This document shows, piece by piece, positions 17,161-28,023 of a DNA stretch of 64,000 bases. Position 1 is the first letter of the stretch. Each line of letters opens with the position of its first letter. Below the pieces are notes generated by a model that had not been told where the DNA came from, ran no database searches, and saw only the letters and a program-made list of their open reading frames with translations. Both the position numbers and the translations under genes were made by a program. Location of the stretch: the NCBI GenBank assembly GCA_028695015.1, contig JAQVJR010000001.1, positions 33,645-97,644 on the forward strand, in the 5' to 3' direction. Source of the stretch: Minisyncoccota bacterium. Its GTDB lineage: Bacteria > Patescibacteriota > Minisyncoccia > UBA6257.

Positions 17161-17553
17161 TTATTTCTTTATTTTCTCTATTAAATTATGCCAAAATTGA
17201 GAGAATTTTGAAATTACATTATCACCTAATCTTATAGAAGCTGATAATCCTTCTTCACTAGTTGTGGCTATTTCTTCTGTGTTATTAGTTGAAGGAATAA
17301 CTAAAACTACTTGCTCTCCTTCTTTCTTATACCCTAGCATTAAGCGTGCCTCTCTTTCTAAAATCTCTTCTTGAGTTCCAGTTTCCAATACCTGTGCTAA
17401 TCTTTCTTCTTCTTCTAATAAACCTTGCTTTTTCATTTCTAAATTTTCCACCTCACTGGTTAATAAGCGATGTCTTTGCCATTCTTCAGGAATTCGTTTA
17501 GCAAGAAAAAAGATGACAAAAACACTAATTAAAATTAAAAAGAATTTTTTCAT
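17161..17553 (-). CDS. ftsB: septum formation initiator (FtsB/DivIC family)
   Basis: 130 aa with N-terminal TM, a coiled-coil, and C-terminal …EEILEREARLMLGYKKEGEQVV as in FtsB/DivIC. Confidence 0.6.
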   Translation of the reverse strand: MKKFFLILISVFVIFFLAKRIPEEWQRHRLLTSEVENLEMKKQGLLEEEERLAQVLETGTQEEILEREARLMLGYKKEGEQVVLVIPSTNNTEEIATTSEEGLSASIRLGDNVISKFSQFWHNLIEKIKK

Positions 17554-17564
17554 TGTTTTTTGTA

Positions 17565-19361
17565 TTAATCAGATGAAGGAAATATTTTGAAAAAGACCTC
17601 AGAAGGAATTTGTAAATCAGCTTGCTCTAATAACTTCTTTTTCCCTTTTTGCTGTTTTTTCCAAAGCTTCATCTTTCTTGTTCTATCACCCCCATAAAGA
17701 CTACCCGTAACGTCTTTTTTCAAAGCAGGAATTGTTTCTCTAGCAATAATCCTTCCCAAACCCCTAATCTGAATAGCTACAGGGTAATTCTGACGGGGTA
17801 AGAGTTTTTTTAATTTCAAGGCCAATCCCCTAGCTTCTTTTTCTATTTTATCCTTAAATACTATTCTCGACAAGCTTTCAAATGTTTTCCCTGCTAAATC
17901 AACTTCTAGTTTTTCTAATTCTGTTTGTTCATATCCAATAATTTCATAACTCATTGAAGCATAACCTGAAGAAACAGATTTTAAATTATCATAAAAATCT
18001 TTAATGGTCTCCTCTAAAGGAATTTCACATTTAATAATTAATCTCTCAGCAAAAGTAAGCGTCTCAATATTTTTCCCTCGAGAATCATTAACTAGCTTCA
18101 TCACTGCAGATAAATACTGAGGAATAATCATGATTTCTATTTTTACCCAAGGCTCTTCAAAACCAATAATTTCACTTGGATCAGGCCATTCACTAGGATT
18201 AGTAATCATCTTTTCTTTCTTGTTTCTTAACAAGATTTTATAAGGTACTGTGGGTTGAGTGATAATTAAATCCAAACCATATTCTTTTTTTAATCTCTCC
18301 TGGGTAATTTGCAAATGCAACATACCTAAAAATCCTAAACGATAACCCCGACCCAAGGCCTCAGAACTTTCTGGAGTAAAGGATAAAGCTGAATCATTTA
18401 ATTTTAATTGAGATAAAGAATAACGAAAATATTCAAAATCCTGCTCTCCTTTTCCCAAAGATAAATCTTTTTTCCCTTTAGCCATATAAAAACCAGCAAA
18501 AACCATTGGCTTTGGCTCTTGATATCCAGGCAAAGGTTCAGCTTTTGATTTAGCCACTGTTCCCCCAACCCTAACTAAATTTAAATCTTTTAATCCAGTT
18601 GCTATCCAACCAATTTCTCCTGATTGTAATTTTTCCTTTGATTCTAATTGAGGAGCAAAATATCCTAAATCCAATACTTCACCCTTAGCCTGGCTGGCTA
18701 TAAAATAAAGTTTATCATTTTTAGAAATCTCTCCTTCAACCACTCTTAAATAAGCAATAATCCCTTTATATGAATCATAATGAGAATCAAATACTAAAGC
18801 CCGAAAAGGTTTTTCATGTTTAATCTTTGGACTTGGAATTTCAGAAATTATCTTTTGAAGCAAAGACTCAACATTTTCCCCTGTTTTAGCTGATAATAAA
18901 ACAATTTCTTTTTCATCAATTTTTAATAAATCAGCCAATTCCTTTTTCTTCACATCTAAATCAAGGATATCCATATCAATTTTATTTATAGCGCCAATAA
19001 TTTTAAGTCCTTGTTGTTGAGCTAAGGCCAGATTAGAAAGTGTTTGTGCTTGAATGCCTTGAGTGCCATCTACTAAAAGAACAGCCCCTTCTACAGCAGC
19101 TAGAGCTCGAGAAACCTCATAAGTAAAATCCACATGCCCTGGAGTATCAATTAAATTCAAAATACAATTCTGGTATTCCATTTGTACTGGCTGCATTTTA
19201 ATAGTAATCCCGCGTTCTTTTTCTAAATCCATTCTATCTAAATACCGAGGGACTAATTTATGCTCAGAAACAGTTTTTGTTAATTCTAAAAACCTATCAG
19301 CTAAAGTAGATTTACCATGGTCAATATGAGCAATAATGACAAAATTACGAATATTATTCAT
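17565..19361 (-). CDS. lepA: elongation factor 4 (LepA)
   Basis: 598 aa translational GTPase (AHIDHGKST, DTPGHVDF) with a LepA C-terminal domain. Confidence 0.9.
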   Translation of the reverse strand: MNNIRNFVIIAHIDHGKSTLADRFLELTKTVSEHKLVPRYLDRMDLEKERGITIKMQPVQMEYQNCILNLIDTPGHVDFTYEVSRALAAVEGAVLLVDGTQGIQAQTLSNLALAQQQGLKIIGAINKIDMDILDLDVKKKELADLLKIDEKEIVLLSAKTGENVESLLQKIISEIPSPKIKHEKPFRALVFDSHYDSYKGIIAYLRVVEGEISKNDKLYFIASQAKGEVLDLGYFAPQLESKEKLQSGEIGWIATGLKDLNLVRVGGTVAKSKAEPLPGYQEPKPMVFAGFYMAKGKKDLSLGKGEQDFEYFRYSLSQLKLNDSALSFTPESSEALGRGYRLGFLGMLHLQITQERLKKEYGLDLIITQPTVPYKILLRNKKEKMITNPSEWPDPSEIIGFEEPWVKIEIMIIPQYLSAVMKLVNDSRGKNIETLTFAERLIIKCEIPLEETIKDFYDNLKSVSSGYASMSYEIIGYEQTELEKLEVDLAGKTFESLSRIVFKDKIEKEARGLALKLKKLLPRQNYPVAIQIRGLGRIIARETIPALKKDVTGSLYGGDRTRKMKLWKKQQKGKKKLLEQADLQIPSEVFFKIFPSSD

Positions 19362-20963
19362 CTATCTTCTATTTCTATTTAACACTTTTTGAACAAGAAT
19401 ATTTTTTACCTCAGTTATTTCTTTAATCTCTAATTTATAACAAAGAGAGAAAAAACAAACCAAAGAAACAATAAAAGCAATTCCAGCATTAATTACTAAA
19501 TTAGCAACTTTTTCCATAAGAAAATATTGCCCTAAGAAACTAAATAACAAAGAAGCCACTAAGCCACTAATTAAAGAAACAAGCAATATCTTTAATAAAG
19601 AAATGTAAAAATCTTTTAATAACTCTGAATTAAGCCCTGGTTTTAATAAAATTCCTAATATTAGAAAATACAAGAAATAGGTCAAAGTAACTGCCAAAGC
19701 TAATCCTTCAACTCCAAAAACTAAACCAAACTTATAACATAATAAAAACCCTAAGGCATATGAAATAATTGCTGCAATAAAAGGCTTAAAAGTATTTTTC
19801 TGAGCAAAAAAGATTCTTAATAATAAAGCATTAACCCCTTGAAAGATCATTCCAAAAGACAAGATTGAAAAAACTTTAATTGTCTGACTAGTAGAATACC
19901 AATCAAATTTTCCATAACCTAATAATAAACGAATAATTGGTTCCCGAAAAACTATAAACCAAATTGCAATTGGAATTAAAAAGAAAAATATCTGAGTTAA
20001 TGTTTCTAAAGAAACCTTAGTAAATTCTTTTTGTTTTTTCTCAATTTTCAATTTTGACAAAACAGGAAAAGCAGCCACAGCAAAAGATAAGGCAAATACA
20101 GTCTGAGGTAAATTCTGAATATCATTAGCAAAATTAAAAACTGATAAACTTCCTTCTCTTAACATTGTCGCCACAATAGTCACTCCTAAAAGAAAAACCT
20201 GATTAGCAATAATACTTAAAGAACGAGGAATCATTAAAAAAACCATATTCTTCAGACTGGACATCTTTTCTTTCAAAACTAGAAAATCAAACTTAATTTT
20301 ATACCCAGTCGTTAATAAAGCTGGGATTTGAATAGCCAAATGCAAACAAGAGCCTAAAACCACTCCATAAGCTAAACCTTTTAATCCCATTCTAGGACTT
20401 AAAACAAGAATACCAATAATAATTCCTGTATTATACAATAAAGGCGCTAAGGCACAAGATAAAAACAATTTAAATACTTTTAAAACACTAGAAACCACAG
20501 AAGAAATACCCATAAATATGGGTTGAATCATCATAATCCTAGTTAAGATAATAGCCAAATTCAATTGTTCAGCATTAAATCCAATTAAAAGCCGAGAAAG
20601 AAAAGGCCGAGCAAATATTGCTACTAATATAGCAATGATTCCAATAAAAACACCAATGCACATTACAATAGCATTAGCAAATTCCCAAGCCTCTTCTTTA
20701 TTCTTAGCCCAATATTCAGTAAAAAGAGGGATAAAAGCTACTGAAACAGCACCCATAATAAAAATATTATAAATCAAATCTGGCAATCTAAAAGAAGCAT
20801 AATAAATATCTAAATACCCAGAAGCACCAAAATAACTAGCTAAAAAAGCATTTCTTAAAAGACCTAAGAAACTGCCTAATAAAGTTAAGCCACTAGTTAA
20901 CATTGCTGCTCCAAAGATTGTTTCTGACTTATGATTTAATATTTTATGAAAACGGGCAATCAT
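19362..20963 (-). CDS. murJ: lipid II flippase MurJ
   Basis: 533 aa with about 14 TM helices. N-terminus resembles MurJ/MviN. Confidence 0.85.
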   Translation of the reverse strand: MIARFHKILNHKSETIFGAAMLTSGLTLLGSFLGLLRNAFLASYFGASGYLDIYYASFRLPDLIYNIFIMGAVSVAFIPLFTEYWAKNKEEAWEFANAIVMCIGVFIGIIAILVAIFARPFLSRLLIGFNAEQLNLAIILTRIMMIQPIFMGISSVVSSVLKVFKLFLSCALAPLLYNTGIIIGILVLSPRMGLKGLAYGVVLGSCLHLAIQIPALLTTGYKIKFDFLVLKEKMSSLKNMVFLMIPRSLSIIANQVFLLGVTIVATMLREGSLSVFNFANDIQNLPQTVFALSFAVAAFPVLSKLKIEKKQKEFTKVSLETLTQIFFFLIPIAIWFIVFREPIIRLLLGYGKFDWYSTSQTIKVFSILSFGMIFQGVNALLLRIFFAQKNTFKPFIAAIISYALGFLLCYKFGLVFGVEGLALAVTLTYFLYFLILGILLKPGLNSELLKDFYISLLKILLVSLISGLVASLLFSFLGQYFLMEKVANLVINAGIAFIVSLVCFFSLCYKLEIKEITEVKNILVQKVLNRNRR

Positions 20964-20980
20964 TGTATTAATTAACTTTT

Positions 20981-22717
20981 TTAAAATTCAAATTTAAAAT
21001 CCAAAACCAAATCAGTATCTAAAAGAATAAATTCATCAAAAGAAAAAAGAGATATGGGAATTCTTTCTTGTTCAGGCATGATCAAATCTAAAGAAAATTT
21101 AGTTTTCTGTCCACTTTGTTTTTGAACTACAATTTCCCAATCAGATAATTGTCCCCAATTCTTAGGCAATTTATAAACCAAAGAAAAAGGCTTTGAAGAT
21201 AATTGGACCCAAGAACTAATTACTGTCTTTCCTCCTTCTTCATATATCTCAATTCCATTCTTCTTATCCAAAATCTTGTTTTGCTCTATTAATAATAAAT
21301 CTTTATCTTTTTGATAATCTAATCTTGCATAAACATCATCTGATTTAGCCTTTTTTATTTCTTTTAAAAACCCACCCTTAGCTTCAATAATTTGTATTCC
21401 TTTAGGTAAATAAATCTTCAAATAATTTTCCAATAGTCTATCTGCTGGCAAAAAATCTGGAGCATCAATCAAAAGTGTATTTATTATCTCTTTATTAACA
21501 TTAAATTCTGTTTTCAATTCAATTCTTTTTTCTCTTTTATCTTCTGTAAAATCATTTTTTAAAAGACTAATATTCACTCCTAAATAATCATCCTTACCTT
21601 CTTTAACTTTCCCTGTCCAGTTATAAGCATCAAAAAAATACTCTAAATTATCATCAATTAAGTAAATCTGTATTTCCTTCTCTTTAAGATTCTTCTTTAA
21701 AATATCCAATACCTTAGCTGATGTTTCTAAAGAAGATTCTGCTAATTGCTCTTGTAGTTTTTCAAAAAACAATGGCAAAACATTCTTTTCCAAGCGTAAA
21801 GGAGCTGGTTTAGCTGCTTCTTGGATTTGTGTTTTATAAAAAGAAAGGAAGTTATCATCATCCAAATACAAACCATTAATTAATCCTAAAGGACCAATTG
21901 TTTCTAAAACAGATTTTATTGTTTGGATATTAACAACAATAACACCATCTAAATCAGGTTTTTTTCCTGTTTTAGAATAAAGAGAGAGGATTTTTTGACC
22001 AGTTAAAGGAAAATCAAAAAACCAATTAGTATCATGGAAAAACCACCGATCTTCAATATTTAAAAAAGGACCTGGGGGTATAATTTTATCTAAAAACACC
22101 TCTTCTAAAGAAAATATATCATCACCTAAAAGAGTTATCTTGCCATCATTAAATGTTAAATAAGCATAAGCACCAATAAAACCTCCAGCTGGTCTAGGAA
22201 TATCTGAATCTTGAAACAAAACCAGATAATTTTTTTCTTTTTGTTTACCTAAAAAAGATAACCAATTTTCTATTTCATATTTCTTTTCTGCAACTAAAGA
22301 TAAATCATACTTTTCTAATTTAAGAAAATAACTATCTAGATCATTTAATAAAGATAAAGCATTTTCTTTTTCATCAATCATTGCTTTAAAAAGCTCCCCT
22401 TCTTGTATTTTTTCCAAAGATCCTTTAATAGATATCAATTCTTGTTGTAATTGTATTTTCTCTTTTACAAAAGGAAAAAAAGAAAACTTTTCTATTAACT
22501 GATAATCCTTATTCTTTTGAGCTAAAGTTGTTGTTTCTATTAAATCATTTGCTTCTTGTAAATTTTCTTCCCTAATTAAAGAAAGAATTTGTTCATTTGT
22601 TTCTTGAATTTGAAAAGCCTTAAAAGCAATATAAAAGAACAAACTTATTAATAATAATATTAATCCCCCTAAGAGGATATTAATAAACAAAGAAAGATTT
22701 TTATTACATAATTTCAT
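20981..22717 (-). CDS. signal-anchored large extracytoplasmic protein, unknown function
   Basis: 578 aa with a single N-terminal TM and no recognised catalytic motif. Confidence 0.5.
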   Translation of the reverse strand: MKLCNKNLSLFINILLGGLILLLISLFFYIAFKAFQIQETNEQILSLIREENLQEANDLIETTTLAQKNKDYQLIEKFSFFPFVKEKIQLQQELISIKGSLEKIQEGELFKAMIDEKENALSLLNDLDSYFLKLEKYDLSLVAEKKYEIENWLSFLGKQKEKNYLVLFQDSDIPRPAGGFIGAYAYLTFNDGKITLLGDDIFSLEEVFLDKIIPPGPFLNIEDRWFFHDTNWFFDFPLTGQKILSLYSKTGKKPDLDGVIVVNIQTIKSVLETIGPLGLINGLYLDDDNFLSFYKTQIQEAAKPAPLRLEKNVLPLFFEKLQEQLAESSLETSAKVLDILKKNLKEKEIQIYLIDDNLEYFFDAYNWTGKVKEGKDDYLGVNISLLKNDFTEDKREKRIELKTEFNVNKEIINTLLIDAPDFLPADRLLENYLKIYLPKGIQIIEAKGGFLKEIKKAKSDDVYARLDYQKDKDLLLIEQNKILDKKNGIEIYEEGGKTVISSWVQLSSKPFSLVYKLPKNWGQLSDWEIVVQKQSGQKTKFSLDLIMPEQERIPISLFSFDEFILLDTDLVLDFKFEF

Positions 22718-22783
22718 CTTTATATTATTAAATTTTACTATAAAAACTTGAAATAATCAAAAAAAGAGGTTATAATATAAAAG

Positions 22784-23128
22784 ATTGAACTGGGCAGCTA
22801 CTGGGATATAATACCCAGAGGAAAGTCCGAACACCAACAATGACCTAATTGTTAAAAGGTAGCAGCTAACAGCTGTCGTTAAGCGTTTAACGCTTAATAG
22901 AGGTGCGAACAGAGACGTTGTGTTTTGAAAAAAATACAACCTCCTTATAGGAGGAGCCCTAAAAGCAATTTTAGGAGTGAAACGGCTAAATCCTTGCTGG
23001 GTGCAAGGTCCGGGCCAAGCCTTAAGCTTGGAGTGACCGCTTGACCTTAATGGCAACATTAAGGCTAGATAAATGGCTGCCGCCTAATCCTTAAAGATTA
23101 GGTACAGAATTCGGCTTATAGGTTCAAT
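22784..23128 (+). ncRNA. rnpB: RNase P RNA (bacterial type)
   Basis: Contains GAGGAAAGTCCG (P4 5' strand) and ACAGAATTCGGCTTATAG (P4 3' strand, consensus ACAGAAnCCGGCUUA). Terminal pairing TTGAACT/AGGTTCAA. Candidate promoter TTGAAA-N18-TATAAT at 22747-22776, and an intrinsic terminator at 23143-23166. Confidence 0.85.
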
Positions 23129-23142
23129 TAATAAATGATAAC

Positions 23143-23166
23143 TGCCTCGTTAAACGAGGCAGTTTT
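23143..23166 (+). terminator. intrinsic terminator after rnpB (AACTGCCTCG-TTAA-CGAGGCAGTTTT)
   Basis: Perfect 8-bp stem plus T-run. Confidence 0.7.
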
Positions 23167-23612
23167 CATATGTTTAAAGTATTTTGTTGCTTATTAATAG
23201 CCTGATTTACCAAATAATCAGCTCTTTGATTTTTTTCCCGACGAACATGCTTAAATTGTAGATTTGGAAAATCAAATCTTAAATTCCAAATCTCCAAAAA
23301 AAGAGGTTGTAAATCTTTTTCCAAGATCTTAAATTTTCCATTTAATTGATTTACTGCTAATTCTGAATCAGAATTAACAATCACTTCAGTATCTTTCAAT
23401 TTTGATTTTCCTAATAAATGTCTTGTTTTTTTTAAAGCAAAAATAATTGCCTTGTATTCAGCAACATTATTTGTAGTTTCCCCTATATATTCTCCATATT
23501 CTTTATCACCAATCACCACTCCAATACCAGCTGGACCAGGATTATTCCTAGCACCTCCATCAGTATATATTTCTAATTTTGTTTTCATTATTAATAAAAT
23601 TAAGTTTTCCAA
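23166..23612 (-). CDS. rnhA: ribonuclease HI
   Basis: 148 aa with the LEIYTDGGARNNPGPAGIGVVI motif. Confidence 0.85.
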   Translation of the reverse strand: MENLILLIMKTKLEIYTDGGARNNPGPAGIGVVIGDKEYGEYIGETTNNVAEYKAIIFALKKTRHLLGKSKLKDTEVIVNSDSELAVNQLNGKFKILEKDLQPLFLEIWNLRFDFPNLQFKHVRREKNQRADYLVNQAINKQQNTLNI

Positions 23613-24427
23613 GGTAAAGGTTTTTTATTCTTCACAGCAAACCCAGCTGCTCTTTTATGGCCACCACCCCCATATTTTTCTGCTATCTTAGCAACATCAA
23701 CCCTCCCATTAGATCTTAAAGAAACTCTTTTATCTTCACCTGCTTCAAACCAAACAATAGCCATTGGTGGCTTTTTTTTAATTAAAGCATGACCTAATTC
23801 AGATATTAAAACTGAAGAATTAACAGCTAAAGTCTTATGTTTTTCAAATTTCACTTCCTTAGCTTCTTGCATTATCTCTTTAATCATATTGTCTTGATAT
23901 TCAATAATTTTCTTACCAATTTGAACATATTTATTCCTTCCCTTTCTATCTTCTAATTCTTTAGCTATCTTATCCCATTTTTTAAAATCCATATCATTTA
24001 AATTAATTGTAGCTAAAACTTCTCGAGTATAAGGTATTTTGAATTTCCATAAATCCATATCTTCTACATAGAGCAATAGCTTTGGAATTCTTTTTTTTGG
24101 AAAAAAATACTGCCAAACCAAAACTGAAGCTGAGCGCCTCATATTAAGATTTATTTCCACATTTTCAAACTTCTTAAGATCTAATATGTTTTTAGCACTC
24201 TGATGATGATCAATGATAATAATCTTGTTATCTTTTTTAATCAAATCTTCTAAGATCTTTCTTTCTGGCACAATATCAACAAAATAAACTATATCTCTTT
24301 CTATTAAATGATGAAAAGGACTTTGATAATTCAAAGAAAAATATTGGGCTTTATTCTTGAATTTTTTCCAAACTGCCCAAGCACTACCAAACCCATCATG
24401 ACAATTTTGATGATAAAAAACAATCAT
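23600..24427 (-). CDS. DHH/DHHA1 phosphoesterase (NrnA-like nanoRNase/pAp phosphatase)
   Basis: 275 aa with a DHHQS (DHH) motif and a GGGGHKRAAG (DHHA1 GGGH) motif. Confidence 0.7.
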   Translation of the reverse strand: MIVFYHQNCHDGFGSAWAVWKKFKNKAQYFSLNYQSPFHHLIERDIVYFVDIVPERKILEDLIKKDNKIIIIDHHQSAKNILDLKKFENVEINLNMRRSASVLVWQYFFPKKRIPKLLLYVEDMDLWKFKIPYTREVLATINLNDMDFKKWDKIAKELEDRKGRNKYVQIGKKIIEYQDNMIKEIMQEAKEVKFEKHKTLAVNSSVLISELGHALIKKKPPMAIVWFEAGEDKRVSLRSNGRVDVAKIAEKYGGGGHKRAAGFAVKNKKPLPWKT

Positions 24428-25608
24428 TATTTATTATTACTTAAAGCTTTTAATCCAGGTAATGATTTTCCAGCTAGATATTCTAAACTAGCCCCACCTC
24501 CAGTAGAAAAGAATATTTGCGATGTTGTTTCTAGGGTTTTAAGATTTGGCTCAACTTCTTTAAAGCTAGCAATTGTTTCTCCACCTCCAATTACTGAAAA
24601 AGCATTTTTGTTTTTAATTATAGCTTTTACTATCTCATTGGTTCCATCTTTAAATCTTTTATCTTCAAATTTACCCATCGGACCATTCCAAAAAATAGTT
24701 TTTGCCTTAGAAATAATCTTACCAAAGGTATGACTAGCAATAGGCCCAATATCTAAAATCATATCTTTTTCCAATACCTTTCCTAACTCTCTTACTTGTT
24801 TTTTCCCAGCCTTATCTAAAACTACAAAATCACCAGGTAAAATTAATTCTGCTCCTTCAAATCCTGATAAGTTTATTCCTTGTGAAATTTCCTCAAACAA
24901 AGACTGACCAATAGAAAAATCAAGGCTTTTCACTATTGTATTAGCCATCACTCCTCCTAAGAGAATATAATCTGCTTTAGTTAAAAACTTTTCAATCAAC
25001 GGTAATTTATCTTTAATTTTAGCTCCACCTAAAATTACTACTAAAGGCTTAGCTGGGTTTTTACTAACCTTATCTAAATTAGATATTTCCTTTTCTAATA
25101 ATTTACCAGGATAAAAAGGTAAAAATTCAGTAATCGCACATAAAGAAGCTACTTGGCGATGAGAAACAGAAAAAGCTTCATTAATAAAACAATCTGCCAT
25201 TTTAGCTAAATCTTTAGCAAAATTCTTATCATTTTCTTGCTCTTCTTTATAAAAACGAATATTTTCCAAAAGAATAACAGAACCCAAAGGTAATTTATCT
25301 ATTTCTTTTAAAAGTTCATTGCCAATAGGTAATGTTAAGAAATAAACTTTTTCCTTAATAGTTTTTTCTAAATAATCAGCTACTGGTTTTAAACTGTATT
25401 TTAAATCTTTACCATTAGGTTGACCAAGATGAGAAACTAAAATGATTTTAGCTGCCTTTTCTTCCTTTAACCATTTAATTGTTGGCAAAACATTAAGAAT
25501 ACGAAAATCATCTAAGACTTTATCCTTAGTAAAAGGAACATTAAAATCCACTCTTAATAAAACTTTTTTCTGATCTATTTTAGCAGAATCTAAAGACCTT
25601 AAAAACAT
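24427..25608 (-). CDS. pgk: phosphoglycerate kinase
   Basis: 393 aa with PGK signatures (RVDFNVP, GGGAS). Confidence 0.9.
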   Translation of the reverse strand: MFLRSLDSAKIDQKKVLLRVDFNVPFTKDKVLDDFRILNVLPTIKWLKEEKAAKIILVSHLGQPNGKDLKYSLKPVADYLEKTIKEKVYFLTLPIGNELLKEIDKLPLGSVILLENIRFYKEEQENDKNFAKDLAKMADCFINEAFSVSHRQVASLCAITEFLPFYPGKLLEKEISNLDKVSKNPAKPLVVILGGAKIKDKLPLIEKFLTKADYILLGGVMANTIVKSLDFSIGQSLFEEISQGINLSGFEGAELILPGDFVVLDKAGKKQVRELGKVLEKDMILDIGPIASHTFGKIISKAKTIFWNGPMGKFEDKRFKDGTNEIVKAIIKNKNAFSVIGGGETIASFKEVEPNLKTLETTSQIFFSTGGGASLEYLAGKSLPGLKALSNNK

Positions 25609-25620
25609 AAAGGCTATTTT

Positions 25621-26406
25621 TTACTTTATTTCGTAAGTGACATTTAAATTAATAACCACTTCTTCAGTTCCCATTTCTATTGGTGCTCCCATCTCTATGC
25701 TTTCTTCCATTACTCCACCCATGGCTTTCATATCTAAGCTAAAAGCAGGATATATAGATTGTCCTTCTACAATATTAACGATTTTACCTAAGCGAAGATT
25801 AGTTTTTTCACTTAAAACCTTAGCTCTTTCTTCTATCTTGTTTAAAGCTTGAATCCTTGCTTCGTTTTTATAAGCTTCAGGCTCATCAATTTCAAAACTA
25901 ACATTTGAAATTCTATTAACTCCTTTTTCTGTTAAGCCACCAATAATTGTATTTATCTTATCAAAATCTCTGATTTTAGTGCTAATGCTTTGGTTTAATT
26001 CATAACCTACTATTTTTGGTGGACAAGAATAAGAAATCAATGGATTATCCCGACGACACCAATCATAATCATATTGAGGAGTTAAATTATAACTAGAGGT
26101 TTGAATATCTTCTGAAACAATTCCCTGCTCTTTGATAAAAGCAATAGCCTCAGTCATTTTCTTATTGTTTTCCTCTTGAACAGTTTCTGCTTTTGTTCCT
26201 TGAGTAATAACGCTAATCACTATCTTAGCAATATCTGGTTTAGCTAAAACCTTACCCTCAGCAGAAAATGAAATAGTTCTCTCAGGATTAATAATATTCT
26301 GAGCCAAGCGATAATTATAATAACCCCAGATCAAAACACTTAAACTAAGAATTATTGTAAAAACTGTTAAAACAGTTATTAATTGTTCGTACTTTTTTGA
26401 TTCCAT
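25621..26406 (-). CDS. SIMPL/DUF541-family periplasmic protein
   Basis: 261 aa, signal-anchored, with BP26/SIMPL-like sequence. Confidence 0.6.
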   Translation of the reverse strand: MESKKYEQLITVLTVFTIILSLSVLIWGYYNYRLAQNIINPERTISFSAEGKVLAKPDIAKIVISVITQGTKAETVQEENNKKMTEAIAFIKEQGIVSEDIQTSSYNLTPQYDYDWCRRDNPLISYSCPPKIVGYELNQSISTKIRDFDKINTIIGGLTEKGVNRISNVSFEIDEPEAYKNEARIQALNKIEERAKVLSEKTNLRLGKIVNIVEGQSIYPAFSLDMKAMGGVMEESIEMGAPIEMGTEEVVINLNVTYEIK

Positions 26407-26410
26407 ATTG

Positions 26411-27178
26411 TTATTTTATTAATTTATTAAGAATTTTTGTTAATTCATTTTTTCTAGTACTGGCGCCACCGACCAAAACTCCAGCGCTTTCTTTTAATTT
26501 CAAAAAAGAAACAATATTCTGAGCATTAACTGAACCTCCATAAATAATTGGTAGTTTTTTCGCTATATCCTCAGAAAACCGACGTGCTAACCAAAAACGA
26601 ATTAACTCAATTATCTTTTGAACCTCTATCAAATCTTGTTGTTTTCCTGTACCAATAGCCCAAACAGGCTCATAAGCAATAACCAAATCAGAAGATTTTT
26701 TAACTTGAATTCCCTGGAAAATATTATTTAATTGTTCAAAGAGAATTTTTTTAACAGAAAATGATGCTGCTGAATCATTATCTTTCCTCTCCTTCTCCCC
26801 AATACAAACTATGGGTTTTAAACTATCTTGTAAACAAGCTTTTACCTTAGCATTAATCATTTCTTCTGTTTCTTTTAAATGTTCCCGACGTTCAGAATGA
26901 CCTAAAATCACATATTGTGATTTTAATGATTTTAACATCTTTGGCGAAACCTCTCCAGTAATTGCATAACGATTAAACCAAAAAACATCTTGAGCACCTA
27001 AATAACATTTAGGGCCAATTTTCTCCTTAGCTTCAGCTAAATAGATATAGGGTGGGGCTATTATTAATTTAATATTTTTTATTTTCTTTGAATATTTATT
27101 AAAAATATTAAATAATTCCTTAGCTTCAATAACTGAAGCTGGTGCCATTTTAAAATTAAAAACAATTAATTTAGCCAT
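26411..27178 (-). CDS. tpiA: triosephosphate isomerase
   Basis: AYEPVWAIGTGK active-site signature. Confidence 0.9.
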   Translation of the reverse strand: MAKLIVFNFKMAPASVIEAKELFNIFNKYSKKIKNIKLIIAPPYIYLAEAKEKIGPKCYLGAQDVFWFNRYAITGEVSPKMLKSLKSQYVILGHSERREHLKETEEMINAKVKACLQDSLKPIVCIGEKERKDNDSAASFSVKKILFEQLNNIFQGIQVKKSSDLVIAYEPVWAIGTGKQQDLIEVQKIIELIRFWLARRFSEDIAKKLPIIYGGSVNAQNIVSFLKLKESAGVLVGGASTRKNELTKILNKLIK

Positions 27179-27186
27179 ATTGAAAT

Positions 27187-27645
27187 TTAAACTAAAAAGT
27201 TAATACCTAATGAAGTTAATGTTGTCACTATTATTCCTGCTAAAACAGCACCTAGGCTAATCAAACAAAAAGCCTGCTTGTATTCTATTCCAAAAAGAAA
27301 TGCTGCTGCTGAGCCAGTCCAAACCCCAGTAAAAGGCAAAGGAATAGCCACAAAGATAATCAAAGCCCATTTACCCCAACGATTAAAACTATTAGTTGTT
27401 TTTTCCCTAGTTCTTGTAAACAACCAAGTAAAGAATTTATTAAAAAAAACAAATCGTTCACTTAAATAACCTGATAACTTATCTAAAAACCATAATAAAG
27501 GAATAATAGGTAAAAGATTACCAATTAAACTTAAAAACAATGCTTTTGACCAAGAAAAATTAAAAATTCCCATTGCCATAGGAATAGCTCCTCTTAATTC
27601 TATTATTGGAGAAGCAGCAATAATAATGGTCCAAAGTTCATTCAT
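27187..27645 (-). CDS. small multi-pass membrane protein (COG2426 small-multidrug-export-like?)
   Basis: 152 aa with 4 TM helices and N-terminal …ELRGAIPMAMG. Confidence 0.35.
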   Translation of the reverse strand: MNELWTIIIAASPIIELRGAIPMAMGIFNFSWSKALFLSLIGNLLPIIPLLWFLDKLSGYLSERFVFFNKFFTWLFTRTREKTTNSFNRWGKWALIIFVAIPLPFTGVWTGSAAAFLFGIEYKQAFCLISLGAVLAGIIVTTLTSLGINFLV

Positions 27646-27714
27646 TATTCATTATTATACCAAAAATCTAATCAAATAAAAAACCCTAACAACTATTGTT
27701 AGGGTTTTATTGAG

Positions 27715-28023
27715 TTAAAACTCCTCTGTTAATATATCCTCTTTGCTCCGCTCTTCTTCGCTTATCTTATCTTCACTGCCACTACTTAAGATCCAAAGAA
27801 TCATTATGATGATCAATACTAATATGGCAATTCCATAAAATATGTTTCCTTCAATAAGGCTAAGTAAATAATTTATAGCCTTGCCATAATACAGATATAA
27901 TAAATTAAATACCTTATACCAAGTTTTTGTTAAAACTGGAAAGAAAAATAAAATAATAACTGCTACTGAAGATGCTTTCATAAATGTCCTTTTAATCATT
28001 ATACCTATCTCCTTTCTGATCAT
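27715..28023 (-). CDS. hypothetical membrane protein
   Basis: 102 aa with 2-3 TM helices. Confidence 0.4.
   Translation of the reverse strand: MIRKEIGIMIKRTFMKASSVAVIILFFFPVLTKTWYKVFNLLYLYYGKAINYLLSLIEGNIFYGIAILVLIIIMILWILSSGSEDKISEEERSKEDILTEEF

Noticed and set aside
22757-23059. Minus-strand 100-aa ORF
   Set aside because: It lies entirely within the RNase P RNA gene. The RNA call is supported by the universally conserved GGAAAGUCCG and ACAGAAnUCGGCUUA motifs.
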